Below the pieces are notes generated by a model, which worked only from the letters and a program-made list of their open reading frames with translations, was not told the origin of the DNA and ran no database searches. Made by a program: the position numbers and the translations under genes. A stretch of 64,000 nt of DNA, taken from positions 16,747,361 to 16,811,360 of the forward strand of contig MU056991.1 in NCBI GenBank assembly GCA_013239625.1, given 5' to 3'. Positions 50,843 to 64,000 of the stretch are shown in pieces; the stretch's first letter is position 1; each line of letters begins with the position of its first letter. Origin of the DNA: Lama guanicoe (lineage: Eukaryota).

Positions 50843-51065
50843 CTGGGCTTTTACCATTTTGATAACTCAACTTTTTTCTATATGTCTGATCACCAGCTTC
50901 TTTTTTTTCGGAACAGAGGAAATAGGTGATGTAGATGGGGCTGTGTGTCCTTGTCTTGACGTAGTGTATCTCTCCTATCCTGAGTGTCGTATTTGGCAAG
51001 TTTTGTTATCTTTCAGGAAGGAAGCTGATATGAAGGTAATATATAAAGTTTCTGATTTTCTAGAA

Positions 51066-51281
51066 CAGGAGATGGCTAATGACAGCCCATAGGTCAAATC
51101 CAGTCTGCTGAATGTTTTTGTAAGTAAATTTCTATTGGTACACAGCCATGCTCATTCATTTACATATGATCTAAGACTGCTTCTGCACTACAGTGGCAGA
51201 GTTGAATATTTGCATCAAAGTCCCGGGAATCTTAAAATTTTACTCCTTGTCCTTTTACAGAAACATCTTCTGACCCATACT
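51066..51281 (+). mobile_element. MER58A (hAT-Charlie MITE)
   Basis: 'ttggtacacagccatgctcattcatttacatat...ctgcactacagtggcagagttgaat'. Flanked by TTCTAGAA / CTCTAGAC, the typical NTCTAGAN target. Confidence 0.9.
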
Positions 51282-53629
51282 CTAGACTTAAGGAATAAAA
51301 TTATTTCCCAAATGAAAATCTGATTGTTCCTGGTAAGGGTGTAAAAATGGAATACGGGCATTGCTAAGAAGTCAATCAGAACAGGTTGTGGTAGCTCACT
51401 GAGTAATTCCTTCAAAACTCAGAGTGAACTGACCACTTTAGGAAAGACTGTGTTGTATATTCTTTTTTCATCCTTAAGGGGTACAATTAAATCTTTGTTG
51501 GTGAAATGGCAGTACACAAAATACAAATGATTCCTTGATGAATATTAGTAAAATGTACCAGTATAAAATTAGTAATACTTTAACTTTTCAAGGGTTTCCC
51601 ATCCTTTCTAAATTTCTCCTTAATTGACTTCATTTTGAGCCATCCTCTAAATCTAACTCATCCTGACATTCGCCTCTGCCTTTCTTCTGCCATCCTCCTC
51701 CTCTTCTCATTCTTCCTCATCTTCTGTTTCGTCGTGCGTACACTCGTGACAAATAACACTCACGTGTATTCTAGTACAATAGGTTCTCTGGATGTTTTTT
51801 ATGGCCTTGAGGATGAATCTTTGGGGTTAGGGCTCAAGTCTGGGTTTTATCCACAGGATACTACGTAATTAATATAAGTCTGGCATAAGCATTGTTTACT
51901 TTCAATAGCAAAATTACCTTAAACGCAATAACCTTGTGAAGTATCTGCCTAAGTTTTCAGGACATTTTGTGGCTTTGTGTGCACTTAGAAATGAAAGAAT
52001 TGGCTGCCATGATTTTCCCCAGGGTTCTTAAGTAGGGTCCTCAATTTGTTCATACATGTTCTGATTTTCTTAGCGTGATGTCACCGACTGTCACCCTGAA
52101 AAACATTTTAGGTCACTGGATTGAGTTGCTGAAAATCCATTTTGGATTCATATCATTTAACTCAGACAATTCTGAACTGGATTGATTAGATGACCCAGAT
52201 AGTTCATAAAGTGGGCTTAATTCTTTATTTTAAAATTATTACTAAAAGGTTATATTCTGTTCACCAAAATTGTGAAATATTTCAGATCATATTGGGAGGT
52301 ATTTCTGGTTTATTGGCCATGTCAAATGGCCAAGCAAATTGTTTACTTCTCACTTGAATTTTTATTTAAAAATCCACATTTCACAACCAGTCCAGATTTG
52401 CCAAGGGGTGTTTGTTTAAAGTAGATTCCATTTAGAAATACTTCATGTGTTTCTAAATTAAAAGAACCAACCTACAAGGATCAAAATTTCAGAACAGATT
52501 TCGATTACTCTGGCTGTTTTGAGAAGGCATGCAACATCTACTTATATGAAATCCCACATTACAATTAATTCCCAAAGCTTAGAAACCCAGAATTTACTCT
52601 AATGGGGTTTTGTAGTTAGGAAAAAAAAAGAAAAAGATGCCACAGTAAGGAAAAATACATGGTTCTAATTATTGTGGTTTTTTTTTTCCTCTTCTGAGAT
52701 GTGTTTTTCCATGATACTTCAATATTTCTTTTGCAGGTGGTCAGCAATTTTATTAACAATTGGCAAACCTACTCATACAAAGGCAACATTACCAAATTAT
52801 AAAGCAAGTCATTGGAGAAGGAAAATTAGGCTATGGGTAGGCTGCTCATGGGATTTGCAAAATCATCAACCTTTGAACTGCTCTGAACTAAACTGTAGAT
52901 TACAGTTTTGAGGGGAGTGGGTGGGGGATTTCTACTTTCTAAGAACAGCCTCCAACTCCCACTTAGGAGCATATGGAAATTGAGAATATCCTTGATTTTG
53001 CAATACAACTATTGTCTTTGCTCAGGATTATGAAAAAGTAAAGGATGCTATCAAAACAGAGTGTAAATTATTAGGGTAAATATTCAAATTATAACCTGGG
53101 CTCCTATTAGTTGGCAAATCCTTTATTTGCTGAAATTAAATCCTGTATACTGTAATTTCAAATTTTCTGAATTTTAAAAGACATTTCCAAAGCCTTTGGG
53201 GCAAGTTCAAAGCTCAGCTTCTTTTCTTATGGAGTCTTTGCCCCAAGTCTCCCTGCTTGGATCTATGATTCTCTCCCTGCTGAAAATGATCGCAACATAC
53301 CACACCATGGACCACCTTTCAGGAGATGGGGCAACAAGGCCATTCTTTAGAACTGCAGCCCTCAAACATCTCCATTTCAAATGATGGTCTTTGCTACATG
53401 CACATAATAGGCTCATTTCTCTAGCTTGTCCAAGAAAAGGAGCACCAAAGACTGGGTCTTCATAGCTTGCAAGTAAGAAAATTGTTTGCTACTTTAAGAT
53501 AATTTTTTAAGCTTCTATTTTTCCCATCAAAGTTTTAAAAGTTTAGGGTACTGGTTCAATCCAGTAATGATGCTGTCAATAGTCACTGTAGTTATGCTAC
53601 TAGGGCCACTGTCTCATGAAACACAAACA

Positions 53630-53790
53630 ACAGAAGAAACAAATCTCCCACGAAGAAGAATCTGCAATAATTTCTGTGACTACGTTGTCCTTATGGAGGG
53701 GAAACCTATTCCCTACCCTTTGAGTGTGTGACATGCATAGTGACTTCCTTCTGAAAAGTACGGTTTGGAAAAAGGGAAAGAAAGTAACTG
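53630..53790 (+). mobile_element. L1MC/L1MD 3' UTR fragment
   Basis: 'aaatctccca.g.agaagaat...catagtgacttccttc...aaagtac.g..tggaaa'. Confidence 0.65.
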
Positions 53791-55309
53791 GCCACTCTAG
53801 TTACAGCCAGCCTTCCCCAAACCCTGCTGCGTCCATGCCTCCTTCTCTGAGGCACTCAGCAGTGTCGGGGTGAGGGGGCATATTAAAGACGCTAAAATGT
53901 ATTAGGAAACAAAAATTGTGCCAATGGAATTTAACTCCGTATTTCCCAAGTTTATTTGCTCACAGAACTGTCTGTCTTACTTATAGATTGCAATTTGTGT
54001 TGCAGAGTAAGTGAATTTCTCAGAACACTCTTTGGAAAGTGTTCTTTCACCCAAGAGTTGCCTAATGCAGTGAGGATGTCAGCTTGTGAGAGCAGAAACT
54101 CTTTCCCGTGCCTAACCCTGCTCCCTGTGCACTCTCAGAGCCCTGGAACTAATGAATAATGAATGAGTGAATGAATGAATGGATGAATGGCGAACACCTG
54201 TGCAGGCCTACTGGCCCTAAGTGGGTTTTGTTTGTGTTGCTTTGTTTGCTTGTTTTAAAGCATAGGAAGCTCTCACAGAGCCCGTAAAATGACGATTTTG
54301 TGGCTGCTTACTTTTCCAAGTGTCGGTCCTCAGAGAAAACGAGATTAAAACCTCCTTTTCTCTGACATCTCAGAGGTAATTTCAGTTACCAAAGTAAATC
54401 GGTCCTTCTCTTTCCCTACCAAAAGATATTCTGGGTTATCTGGTTCTTACAATGCTGCTTTTAAAAGTAGCTATCGCACATGGATGGAGTTTGGAAGGTG
54501 TTCTGTTTATCTGGCACATGGAGCAGTGGCAGTCAGCAAGCCCCTATAAAAAAAAAGATGAAGATCCCTTATCTGAGTGGAATTTAATTAAAAATAAACA
54601 AGAAGATCGCTACTATTTTAGGATAATTTCCTTTCAAGAAGGAAGATGATATGAACGCTTTACAGATTCTGACGGATTAAGGCACATTCTACTTCACGTT
54701 ATTATTCCCAAGGGGAGTTTTTGTTTCCCCTAAACTTCAGTTCTTTTATGTCAAGTAATTTTTCTTCAACACATGAGTTCCATTAGCTGATTCGGTTATA
54801 TCCTGCCCAGGATCGCTATCTAGTTAATTTTGACAACACCAAGAGCTGGAACTCTAAACCAACAATTCCAAAAATAGTTTCTTTGAAAACAAAGATGCAA
54901 TCACCATTCGATTGAAGAGTTCCCTGGATAATGTCTTAGGAGGTTCTTTTGAAAAAACAAACGTCATGAGCCAACTCACCGTATCGGGGGTCTCAAGAAG
55001 TAAACCACAAAAATGTGTCCATCTCTTCTGACGTATGTCATGTAAATTCTTGGCATGGAAACATCATCGGGGTTTGTTTTCCTGTGCATCTTGCTTGTCT
55101 CGGTAACATTGGACTTAAATGCAGGCTCCCAAAGGACACTTTCTCATTTCTTATCACCATAGAAGTGATTAAGTAACAGCGCTCTTTGAGATAGGACCTT
55201 CCAATTAAAGAAGGTTCTGCATGAATCAGAGAAAGGATGTGGATTCTCTGCGGTTATCTTAAAGGCACTGTGAGACACCCTTCTGTCTTTCCCTCTGAGC
55301 AACAGCAGC

Positions 55310-55570
55310 AGACATTTACACATTTATGGAGTTTTCACTGCGTGTCAAGTATCACGCTATGCATCTAACTTGTAGTTTCTTACTTAGTTTTTATTACAAT
55401 TCTGTGAAATGTGTACTATTGTTTTCGCTATTTTCCAAATATAGAAGTGGTAATATTTGAGGGATTATTGCCAAAAGTCATGGAGTTAGGAGTTAGGTGC
55501 AAGCTGAGGTTAAAATCTATCAAGTAAAACAGAAAGCTTGACTCCAGAACTCATGCCCATGACACTACAC
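55310..55570 (-). mobile_element. MIR SINE
   Basis: Degenerate antisense MIR ending 'tgactccagaactcatgc...cactaca'. Confidence 0.6.
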
Positions 55571-56499
55571 GCTACACATAATACTGCTTTTCACCCTGGA
55601 ATTTGAGGGAAAATCTCCTCTTTCACTTCCTCTAATTTTCCTTTGATCCACATTGTCCACTATCCATGTCTGTCCTTATCCCTGAACAAACCTTAATTGT
55701 AGAATGCAAGAAATTCTTCAGTATTAAGCCGCACAGGAGCCACAGATTGGATATCATTTCAAGTGCCACTGAACTCCACCCCCACAAAATGTATACATTG
55801 TGTGCAGAATCACAACAAAGAATCTCATCTAGTTCCTAAAATTAAACTAGATTTTCGTTAATAACTAGCACACAAAAAAAGAAAAAAACTATTTCTTTTT
55901 TAATTTTGTTTTTCTGTAGGGTTTACTAGTAACACAAGGGGGAATGCTCCTGAGTTTTCCAGTGAGGATGTATGTAATGAGGAGTGGAGGATGGAACACC
56001 AGAAACACTGACTGGGATCACAATGTGCAGAACCTTGTATGCCAAGTTACGCGTTAGACTTAACACTTACTGGCTAGAAAGAAAGTTAGCAGAAAATACC
56101 GGTAACTAACAATCCAGTTGATGGTTAAGGAGAGACTACATTTTTTTTATGTGAAATTCCTTTTCCATGATCATTTTCTTGTTTTCCATGATCATTTCAT
56201 TTAACCTTAAAAAGAGTTTCTGAGAAAAGAGGTAGTCTCACCTCATTTGATGCAATAGTATGTTTCAATTAACATTTTCATATATAAAAATCAAATAAAA
56301 CTCTCATGTTTATACAGCAACTAGCTACACTAATGCCAACACTCAAACTCATTTAGAGTTCATGCTTATTACTTATTCATTACTTTAAATACACTGTTAC
56401 TGCATAAATCGTACCTCCTGTTTACTGAGCACTAATTGTGTCCCCATTAATGTTATGCTGTTTTACATATATGGTCTCTAGTCTTTATTATAACCCCCT

Positions 56500-56990
56500 G
56501 AAGCAGACACCAGTAGGTGCTCACTCAATAGCTGTTTTCTAGTCTGATCTTCCCTGCTGATAGAAGCCCAGATTTGTTTGGAGAGAAAATGTGGCCAGAT
56601 CCAGGCAATCAAGCACAATCTCTCTAAGCCTTCATACGGATCTAGTCAGTGTCTTATTTTCCTAGCCTCCAGTGGTGGCTGTTTAACACAGTCCTGGCTG
56701 ATAAGACAACAGCAGAAATCTACGAAGCATCCCTGGAAAAAGCTTTCATTTATTGATAAAAGAAAACAGACACATGTTGCCTCCTTTTTGATCGTCTTGC
56801 ATGGACGGGGTTATCTGGAATTGTAGTGGCCATTTTCCAACTGTGATGAAAAAAACTGAGGAATTGTCAGCTGTTGTGCCTCCGAATTTATAACCATCTG
56901 TAAATTCTACCTCCAGACTCCGCTGCATTTGAGATACTGCTTTAAGCTAAGGTCATTCAGGTTTGATGTTACTTGCAGCTGAAAACACTC
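56500..56990 (+). mobile_element. MLT1 (J/K-like) LTR
   Basis: 'ctacctccagact...tttaagcta...gttacttgcagctgaaaacactcc' MLT1 3' end. Confidence 0.75.
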
Positions 56991-59585
56991 CCCACTGATT
57001 TGTCTTATAAGATGAATATCATCATCCTTGCTCACTGATGAGAAAACAGAGGCTCGAAGAATGTTGTGTAACGCTAAATGCTGGGTTTTTTTTCCCACTT
57101 ACATAGATGTACACATCTGCTATGTTCTTGGCATTGTACCACTGCTACGAATAGACAAGACAAGTGTGGATTGCACAACCTAGGTTCAGCACAGGGTTTC
57201 ATCATAAATTAAAAAAAATTGTTTAAAATTGTATTTGCCTTCTCCTTCACATCTTGTCAAACCAAAAATATCAGAATGGTCGTTTCGGCTTGATTTTAGA
57301 AGAAAACAATCTCTGAAGAAAAAGAAATCTTTAGTATTTCTAAAGAGGAGGAGAGTCTGGCCAGAAAACAAAGTCATACAAGTGTGTTTAGTTGCTAAGC
57401 TTACTAACCTAACTAGTGACACACAGCCTATGCAGAATTAATGAGGGCAGTAGAGTTGTTTGACTTTAGTGGGTGCATAACTGAACCACAGCGATAAACT
57501 TGCTTCAAATCCTGTGCGATATATTTTTCTAAGTATTAGTGCCAAGCATAAGGGCTCATGTTTCTGTCTCAGTTTCAAAGCTTTTCGTTCCTGAATAGGA
57601 AACAAACTGTTGCTTTAATTTAATTTAAATCAGTTAAGAGTGCCTGGCCCCAAAGCAGAGAAAATGGTTTGCAGAATAACTGATTCCCCTTTTAAAAGGT
57701 GAACTTCTGCCTGACGTCTAAATGCTGTATAACCTTTTAAGAAAGCGGAGCTCTCAAATCTCAAGCTTCTTGGGTTGAAGCTGGCACCTGAAGCTGGGGG
57801 CACTCACAAAGCTGGGTAATGTCATCAGCTGTAAGACTGTCAGGAAAAATAGACTGGAGGGACATTGTTTTTTTATTACATAGAGACCTGCGAGGCATTC
57901 TGGCTTTCAGCTCCTCAACCCAATGGACCAAACACTTCTGACCACCTCACACGTGGCCTTGTTGAGTGCTTCCATATTCACGGGTTATTGGAAAGGACTG
58001 AGCAAGTGATCTATGATGAGAAAGGAATCAGGACAGCCTCTGAAACTCTTCAGAGGGACTGTTATGAACTGGCCTCAGAAAGTCTTTGAGGCTGCCTTTG
58101 CATACTGTATATGAGCTTTCTGCTCAGTCATTTCCTCTGCACTTTGGTAGCACAGCGTGAAGTCTACTATTAGAAGCAAGGTTTATTGCTGCCTTGCAAA
58201 CATTTATTGGGTAGTATCTAAAACATGGTGTCAAGTTATAGTAATGTGCTGTTCCGGGAACCTTTTTGAGAATTTTAGTGTTTCAGAAAATGGTCCTCTG
58301 AGATTTCTTCTGTTTCAGAAATGAAAAGTAGTAGAGACAACACACACACACACACATCCTTTGATTATTAGGTAGAGATGTACCATTTTTCTTTCAAGAA
58401 AAACATCTATTCCTAAGATAGATCATTTTTGGACTTTTCAATCAGTATGCCTCAGAGAGCAAATATCCAGATTTGCCATTTGCCTGGAGACACTATTTGC
58501 CTGTATTTATACAGGCCAATGGCAAGACACACATTTTAATTAATCCTCAGTGGAATTTATTTGGTGTGGCTATCTACTCAATCTAGCTCAAGCTTCTCTA
58601 GTTCACAAGAAAATACTCCAATGTGAACTCCATGCAGATTTTTTTTTAACATTGCAAGAGGGGAAGAAAATTTACCTTTAATCATTGTGATAGAAATGTA
58701 TGCTATGTCATCTAATTTTGGCTTTCCTCCCCACAACATCTGGAGAACAACTCATATGGGAAGGCGCTCAGGAAATGTTTGTTGATTGAGTAGATGATGA
58801 CTGAACAGATGTATAAAAGGTGAAACATACAATTAATCTATGTATTTGTTTCCTGTCTGAAGTTAAAAGCCTTTACTAATTGACATGCTATTGTTTTTCA
58901 CACGCTATAAGGCACGAAGTGATGAAAAAGACATGAGCAACTTATTCCCTGATGTCAAGGAGGACTCAGTGGGCTTAGGTTGAAAAAACAACAAACAAGT
59001 AAAGTGAATGCCATCCTAGTCCTTTTTGGATGTGCTCGCCCGACCTTGACTTTCCAATTTGATTGCTCACAGTTTCTCCATTGAAAACTGCTTCCTAGTC
59101 CCACCGCACTGCCTGCCTCTGCCTACTCTTGCCATCCTCATCCTCAGACTAGACCTGCCATAGCTCTGCTGACTTCCTCAGTCCTCTTCCTTTCTTCCTT
59201 TCCTGTTCTGCCTTCCTCATTCCAGATTCTCAGCTGTCCTTTAGATTCCAACTCCCAGCTTTGCCTTTCCTGTCCAGTTTTTTGTTTTTGGTATGTGTTT
59301 CCATAGTGTCCTATACTTCTCTCTATTTAAGATCAGCACATTATAAAACTTCAGGGAAGTTTATTTTTATTATTGTTATGCACATTATTATTCTATAGTC
59401 TAAGAAAAACAAGTGGCCATCCGAAGAGACCATTTTATCCCACCAAAATAAAGATAACAAGGAATAAGACAATGTTCCCATCATTTATAAAATAATGTAA
59501 TTGAAAGGCTTAGATTACTTGTAACTCCCCTAAAAGGGGATTGCTTGTTAGGACACTAGTTATATAATTAATATCTCAATTACAG

Positions 59586-59941
59586 TGCTACAGAATAAAT
59601 CGTGTCTGCTCAACATGCATATGTTGAAGCCCTAACTGCCGATGTGATGGTATTTGCAGATGGAAACTTTGGTAGATAATTAAGACTAAACGAGGTCATG
59701 AGAATAGGGCCTTCTTGAAGGGATTGGTGCCTGTATAAGAAAAGCCACCAGAGAGCTTGCTCTCTGTCTTTGCCATGTGAAGACACAGAGATAAGGTAGC
59801 TGCCTACAAGCTAGGAAAGGAGCCCTCACTAGAAACCTTCCATGTTGGTTCTAGCCTCTAGACCCTCAGGAAATAAATTACTGTTGTTTAAGCTACTCAG
59901 CATGTGGTATTTTGTCATAGCAGCCCAAGCTGACTAAGACA
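59586..59941 (+). mobile_element. MLT1A/MLT1A0 solo LTR
   Basis: TG...CA termini, with 'catatgttgaagccctaac' and 'aataaattactgttgtttaagc...gtggtattttgtcatagcagcccaagctgactaagaca'. Confidence 0.92.
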
Positions 59942-60099
59942 CACAACTAAACAGAATCCATTATAGGCAGTTTCTGGTGAGCAGGAAGATTCTATTTTTT
60001 AATGGATGATTGAAAGCTCACACTTCATAAAGGAGAAATCCCAGGTGGAGTTTCTTACATATCAGACAATAGAAACAAAGGAATTACCGCAAGTGCCTT

Positions 60100-60705
60100 C
60101 TAACATCTTTCTGCTCCAGTCCTGCTTCCTTCAACTATTTTCCATGCACTGTATCTAGAGGTAAGTGCTGAAAGGTAAATTTGGACCATATATATTTATT
60201 ACTATTCTACTTGAAACACCTCACTGCTGACCCATTAACCTAAAGCACAGGCTGCTATTGCAGTTGATTTCGCATGAAATAATCTCTCCTCTGGGCCTTT
60301 GCACAGTCTGCTTACTCCTCTTGTAATCCCATATTCTCTCTTCTCCACCCTTAATAACTAAATTCTACTCAGCTTTCAGAATTCAATCGTACATCACATC
60401 TTCTTCGGAAAACCTCCTTTGGTTTCCTCAAAGCTGGGAAGATGTTGGCCCTCTGTGATCCTAATTGATTATAAACAAAATAATATATACATAATAATAT
60501 AATAATAAATACAATAAGTTTAATATAAAGGGACCCTATTAGTCCCCATGTTTTAAGTGACTACTTGTCTGTGTCTGTCACTATATTATAATCTCTTAGA
60601 AGGGAAGGGCTATTTCTTCTCTTCAGTGAATACCTAGAGCTTAACCCAGTAACTGGCATGTGTGTGCCCTCAAGATTTTATTGCAAAAATGATTAAATGA
60701 GTCAT
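60100..60705 (+). mobile_element. L2 3' region
   Basis: 'gggcctttgcaca...ctactcagctttcaga...ggaaaacctcc...tcttagaagggaagggc' and tail. Confidence 0.75.
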
Positions 60706-61749
60706 TTACTTTCTGGGTCTTTCTGACTATTATTGTTACTATGACCCATGTTCACAAGCTCAAGATTGGTCCCTGCAACTGAGGATTGTATGTTTCTACT
60801 TTGCATGACCCTTAATTTTCAGCCCCTCCTCTGCTCTCTCCTGATCCTTGAGTTCCAGTTCTACTCGGCCTTCAGATACAAGCAAGGTGTGAGGAGCTAT
60901 GAATCCTGACATAAAAGTTTGAGGCAGCAATGGAATAGATTCCAAGGAATGTCTCTGGTCCTTCTGACACTGCTCTTCATTCCCAGAGCAAAAGAAGCCT
61001 TTCCTTAGGTTTTATTCTCTCTCCATTTTCACTTCTTTCCCCTTATCATAATTAGATGAGATTAATATGAATTAACTGCCTGAATTAATATGAATTCAGA
61101 CAGCTGGACACATCTCTTTCAGCACTTCTTAATCTTAGTAATTGATGCATACTTATACTACAGAAAGTTGCAAATATTTCTATGTTCTTCTTTTTTTCTA
61201 TTGGCTTCTGATGGAGTTTTCCTTTAGATGGTATGGTGATCATGATGACCCAGCTGTTTTCAAAACCATATTAGTAGAAACTCACTAGAAGTCAACCTCC
61301 TTGGCCAAGACTGATTGACTCATTGACTTCAATGTTTATGAAATTTTATAATGTTATGTTTGATGTGAAGGCTTATTTTAGGAGAAAATGCGCTTTTCAA
61401 AAAACTGATCATGTTTAGACAAACTGGTTCTAGTTTCACATGTGATACTAAAAAGCAAAACAAAACATTCAATTGTTATTTAAGATGGTGGGCAATTTGC
61501 TTTCTTTTTGTCTGGGATCCGNNNNNNNNNNNNNNNNNNNNNNNNNNNNNNNNNNNNNNNNNNNNNNNNNNNNNNNNNNNNNNNNNNNNNNNNNNNNNNN
61601 NNNNNNNNNNNNNNNNNNNNNNNNNNNNNNNNNNNNNNNNNNNNNNNNNNNNNNNNNNNNNNNNNNNNNNNNNNNNNNNNNNNNNNNNNNNNNAACTAAT
61701 CCAATTCTCTATTTTTCTTTCCATTTTGTTCTAACCAAGTTTTTTTTAT

Positions 61750-62900
61750 TGCAGCTTTTACTTTGCATAATAATATATGATGAATAGTCTGGGAAGACCC
61801 AGTGGGTACATTTCTCACTCTGCAATAGGAGGACAAGTTCTAGTGCAGCATGTTTATAAAATCATGTAAGATTTTCCTTCTTGATGAACAATTGACCACC
61901 CTATGCACTTGTCAAATATGTAAATACATGGAGGCACTGGTCACCAGAAGACTGAAAACACAAATCACTCTATTCAAATGCATTCTTATTTCTAGAGAAA
62001 CAATATCAATGCAAAACATATATGATACTAGTAAAGTACTAGCAATGTTATTTTGGCATATGAAAACTACATATTAAACATTTTAGTACTTATCTATTTA
62101 ATTACTCTGCATCTTTATACACATGGGCTAAGATTGCTAACTTAAAGATATTTTGCTGGCACATTTCTAAAAGAATTTTGAAAAACTCCAAATCCTCTAA
62201 GAATTTTGTTTGACATAGAAAATATTTCGCTGTAATTTGAAACAACTGCCAAGGGTATAACTCTCATTGTGAATACTACTATTAAACAACAATTTTATAA
62301 AATTGATCATGAAAACTGAAATGTATTTTCATTAACAAATATCAAATATGAAAAGGAAAATTTATTAGCAATGCACCTCTTTAGAGATGTGCTGGGATTT
62401 CTGTCACTCAATTATTGACTGAACACAGAAATGAATATGATTTATTGTTGGAAGAGGGCAGGGTTAAGTGGAAATTAATAAGAAGAAAAAGAGAAAGCAT
62501 TGAGCCATGAAAAAGTGTGAGCATAATAAAAGGTTATTGATTATTTTTTAAGAACATTACTTAGAAGAGAATCCATAGTGTATTCTCATTAACGTATGCC
62601 AAATCGAATAAATACACATTAGATTAAAAAGTAGATCGAAAGTTGATAAATGAGAGCAAGTTTTGGAAAAAATCAATTAAAGTATTTTTCTTATGAGTCT
62701 AAATAAATGGTCTGGAAAAGAAAAAATGTTAACCAACTAACTCTAATATATATTTTTAAAATTTCAAAATGTAGTATTGGTCTTTAGAAATAGTTATGAA
62801 GCTTTTAATTTCCTCCTTAAAATCACACAAAATATACAACTGAGACATGAGATGAATGAAAATATTCATCAAGCTCTTTCGTTTTATTAGGAATGGGGAA
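61750..62900 (+). mobile_element. Highly decayed hAT-Charlie (GTF2IRD2/EPM2AIP1-like) transposase fossil
   Basis: Ordered fragments: FIKSC (cf. EFIKEC), LFKCILISRETI (cf. FENISLSRNTV), ETTAKGI (cf. GTTTGEDI), VIDYFLR and EQVLEK (cf. RGQVLER). Confidence 0.4.
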
Positions 62901-64000
62901 AATGAAGACAGGGTGTGCTTTGCAGTAAAATTGAATTTATCGGCATACTTTTTAATGAATCTTGACTATTCTAATCCTAAAGCAGAGAGATAGATGGGTC
63001 AATAGGTGACTACATGCTTGAGTATTTCTTATCAATGATATTTGCCACAAAGTCTATCCCTCGGGGTGAAGCAGTCTTTGGCAATACTTGTGAAACTGAA
63101 GAGAGAAGTCTTTAAACAAAAGTTAACATGATCATGATCGTAGTATAGAACTCTACAAATGTTCCGAATTTAGAATACTTCAACAAGGGCTCAAATAACC
63201 CCAATTTATAAGCATAGGCTTTGACCTTAGCAGAAATACAGTCAAGACAAGGAAAGATATGAACCTCTAATGTGAGTTTATGGTGCGTCATTAAAAGAGG
63301 TTTGTCAGACCCAAATATTTCATAATGTTCCTTATTTCCTGCCCTGGAGAGTTTTACACTCCAGTATAGTGTACCGCAATATGATTCAGGATGGATGAGA
63401 AATATTTTTCTTTGATACACAAGGAAGATAATGATTCTGTAAGGGGATCTGGGAATAAGAGAACCAGGCTGATGTTATGAACACAGGCAAGTTGTTAGAT
63501 ACCAGTTTTAGGGAAGAATAAACATATGGAATTTGAGGATCTAGAAATGGTCTCCCTTAACACCATCCATCACCATATACCTCCTAGGAAAGTCTCTCTA
63601 GATCCCCAAGGGTACAAATAGAATTTATTGGCCCACATAGCCTGAAAATTTAGAGGTAAAGTAGGAATCAGAGTTGATATGATTTAATGCCAGCTGGGTT
63701 CAGGAAAATACTAATGGAGGAACTTGCAAACCCCAGTCCTCTCCTATTCTGGGGATGCAATCAGCTTTAGGATAAGACCAATTATTTTTGCAAAATGTCA
63801 GCTCACTACCTCTTCCCCAAGCTGGATAAAACCAAACTCCACTTGGGACAGTGGTTTCTTTGTAGATGGCTCTTAATTCTTCCATCTCCTGTCGCCTCAA
63901 GGAAGAACAGAAGAAAACCAAAAAACTTCAGGGACTACATATAGAAGGAGGGTAAAAATACCAATTACTTTTTAAAATACCTCAGCTTGTTGTCCTAAGA

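Noticed and set aside
58720-58990. Tail-to-tail L2 pair as a miR-28/151-type hairpin precursor
   Set aside because: The arms show poor complementarity and no known mature miRNA sequence is present.
63112-63921. Two minus-strand ORFs as Gypsy/ERV pol remnants
   Set aside because: I could not identify RT, RNase H or integrase catalytic motifs.
1-64000. CRISPR arrays, operons or other prokaryote-type systems
   Set aside because: The sequence is mammalian. It has no regularly spaced repeat-spacer array and no gene-dense region.

Overview
Repeat-rich, AT-rich, CpG-depleted mammalian DNA from a draft assembly with five N gaps. It is almost certainly a camelid (alpaca or camel), judged from two tRNA-derived SINEs carrying the 'AAACCTAATTACCTCCCCC' tail and from young L1 3' ends. 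I recognise no host protein-coding exon, RNA gene or CpG island. The supplied ORFs are either transposon fossils (L1 ORF1/ORF2, hAT-Charlie transposase, a possible RTE-X/L4 reverse transcriptase) or chance ORFs. The window reads as intergenic or deep-intronic sequence: L1, L2, MIR, MLT1/MLT2/LTR33/MER41-like LTRs and hAT elements, separated by unique blocks with enhancer-like motif clusters. The best leads are (i) a MER41-like LTR carrying clustered STAT/GAS sites, (ii) a TSD-bounded L1 insertion with an apparent 3' transduction and a scrambled 5' junction, and (iii) a ~28 kb AP-1-dense domain holding several candidate enhancers. I found no convincing new biological system. Repeat names come from recalled consensus sequences, and boundaries are approximate.
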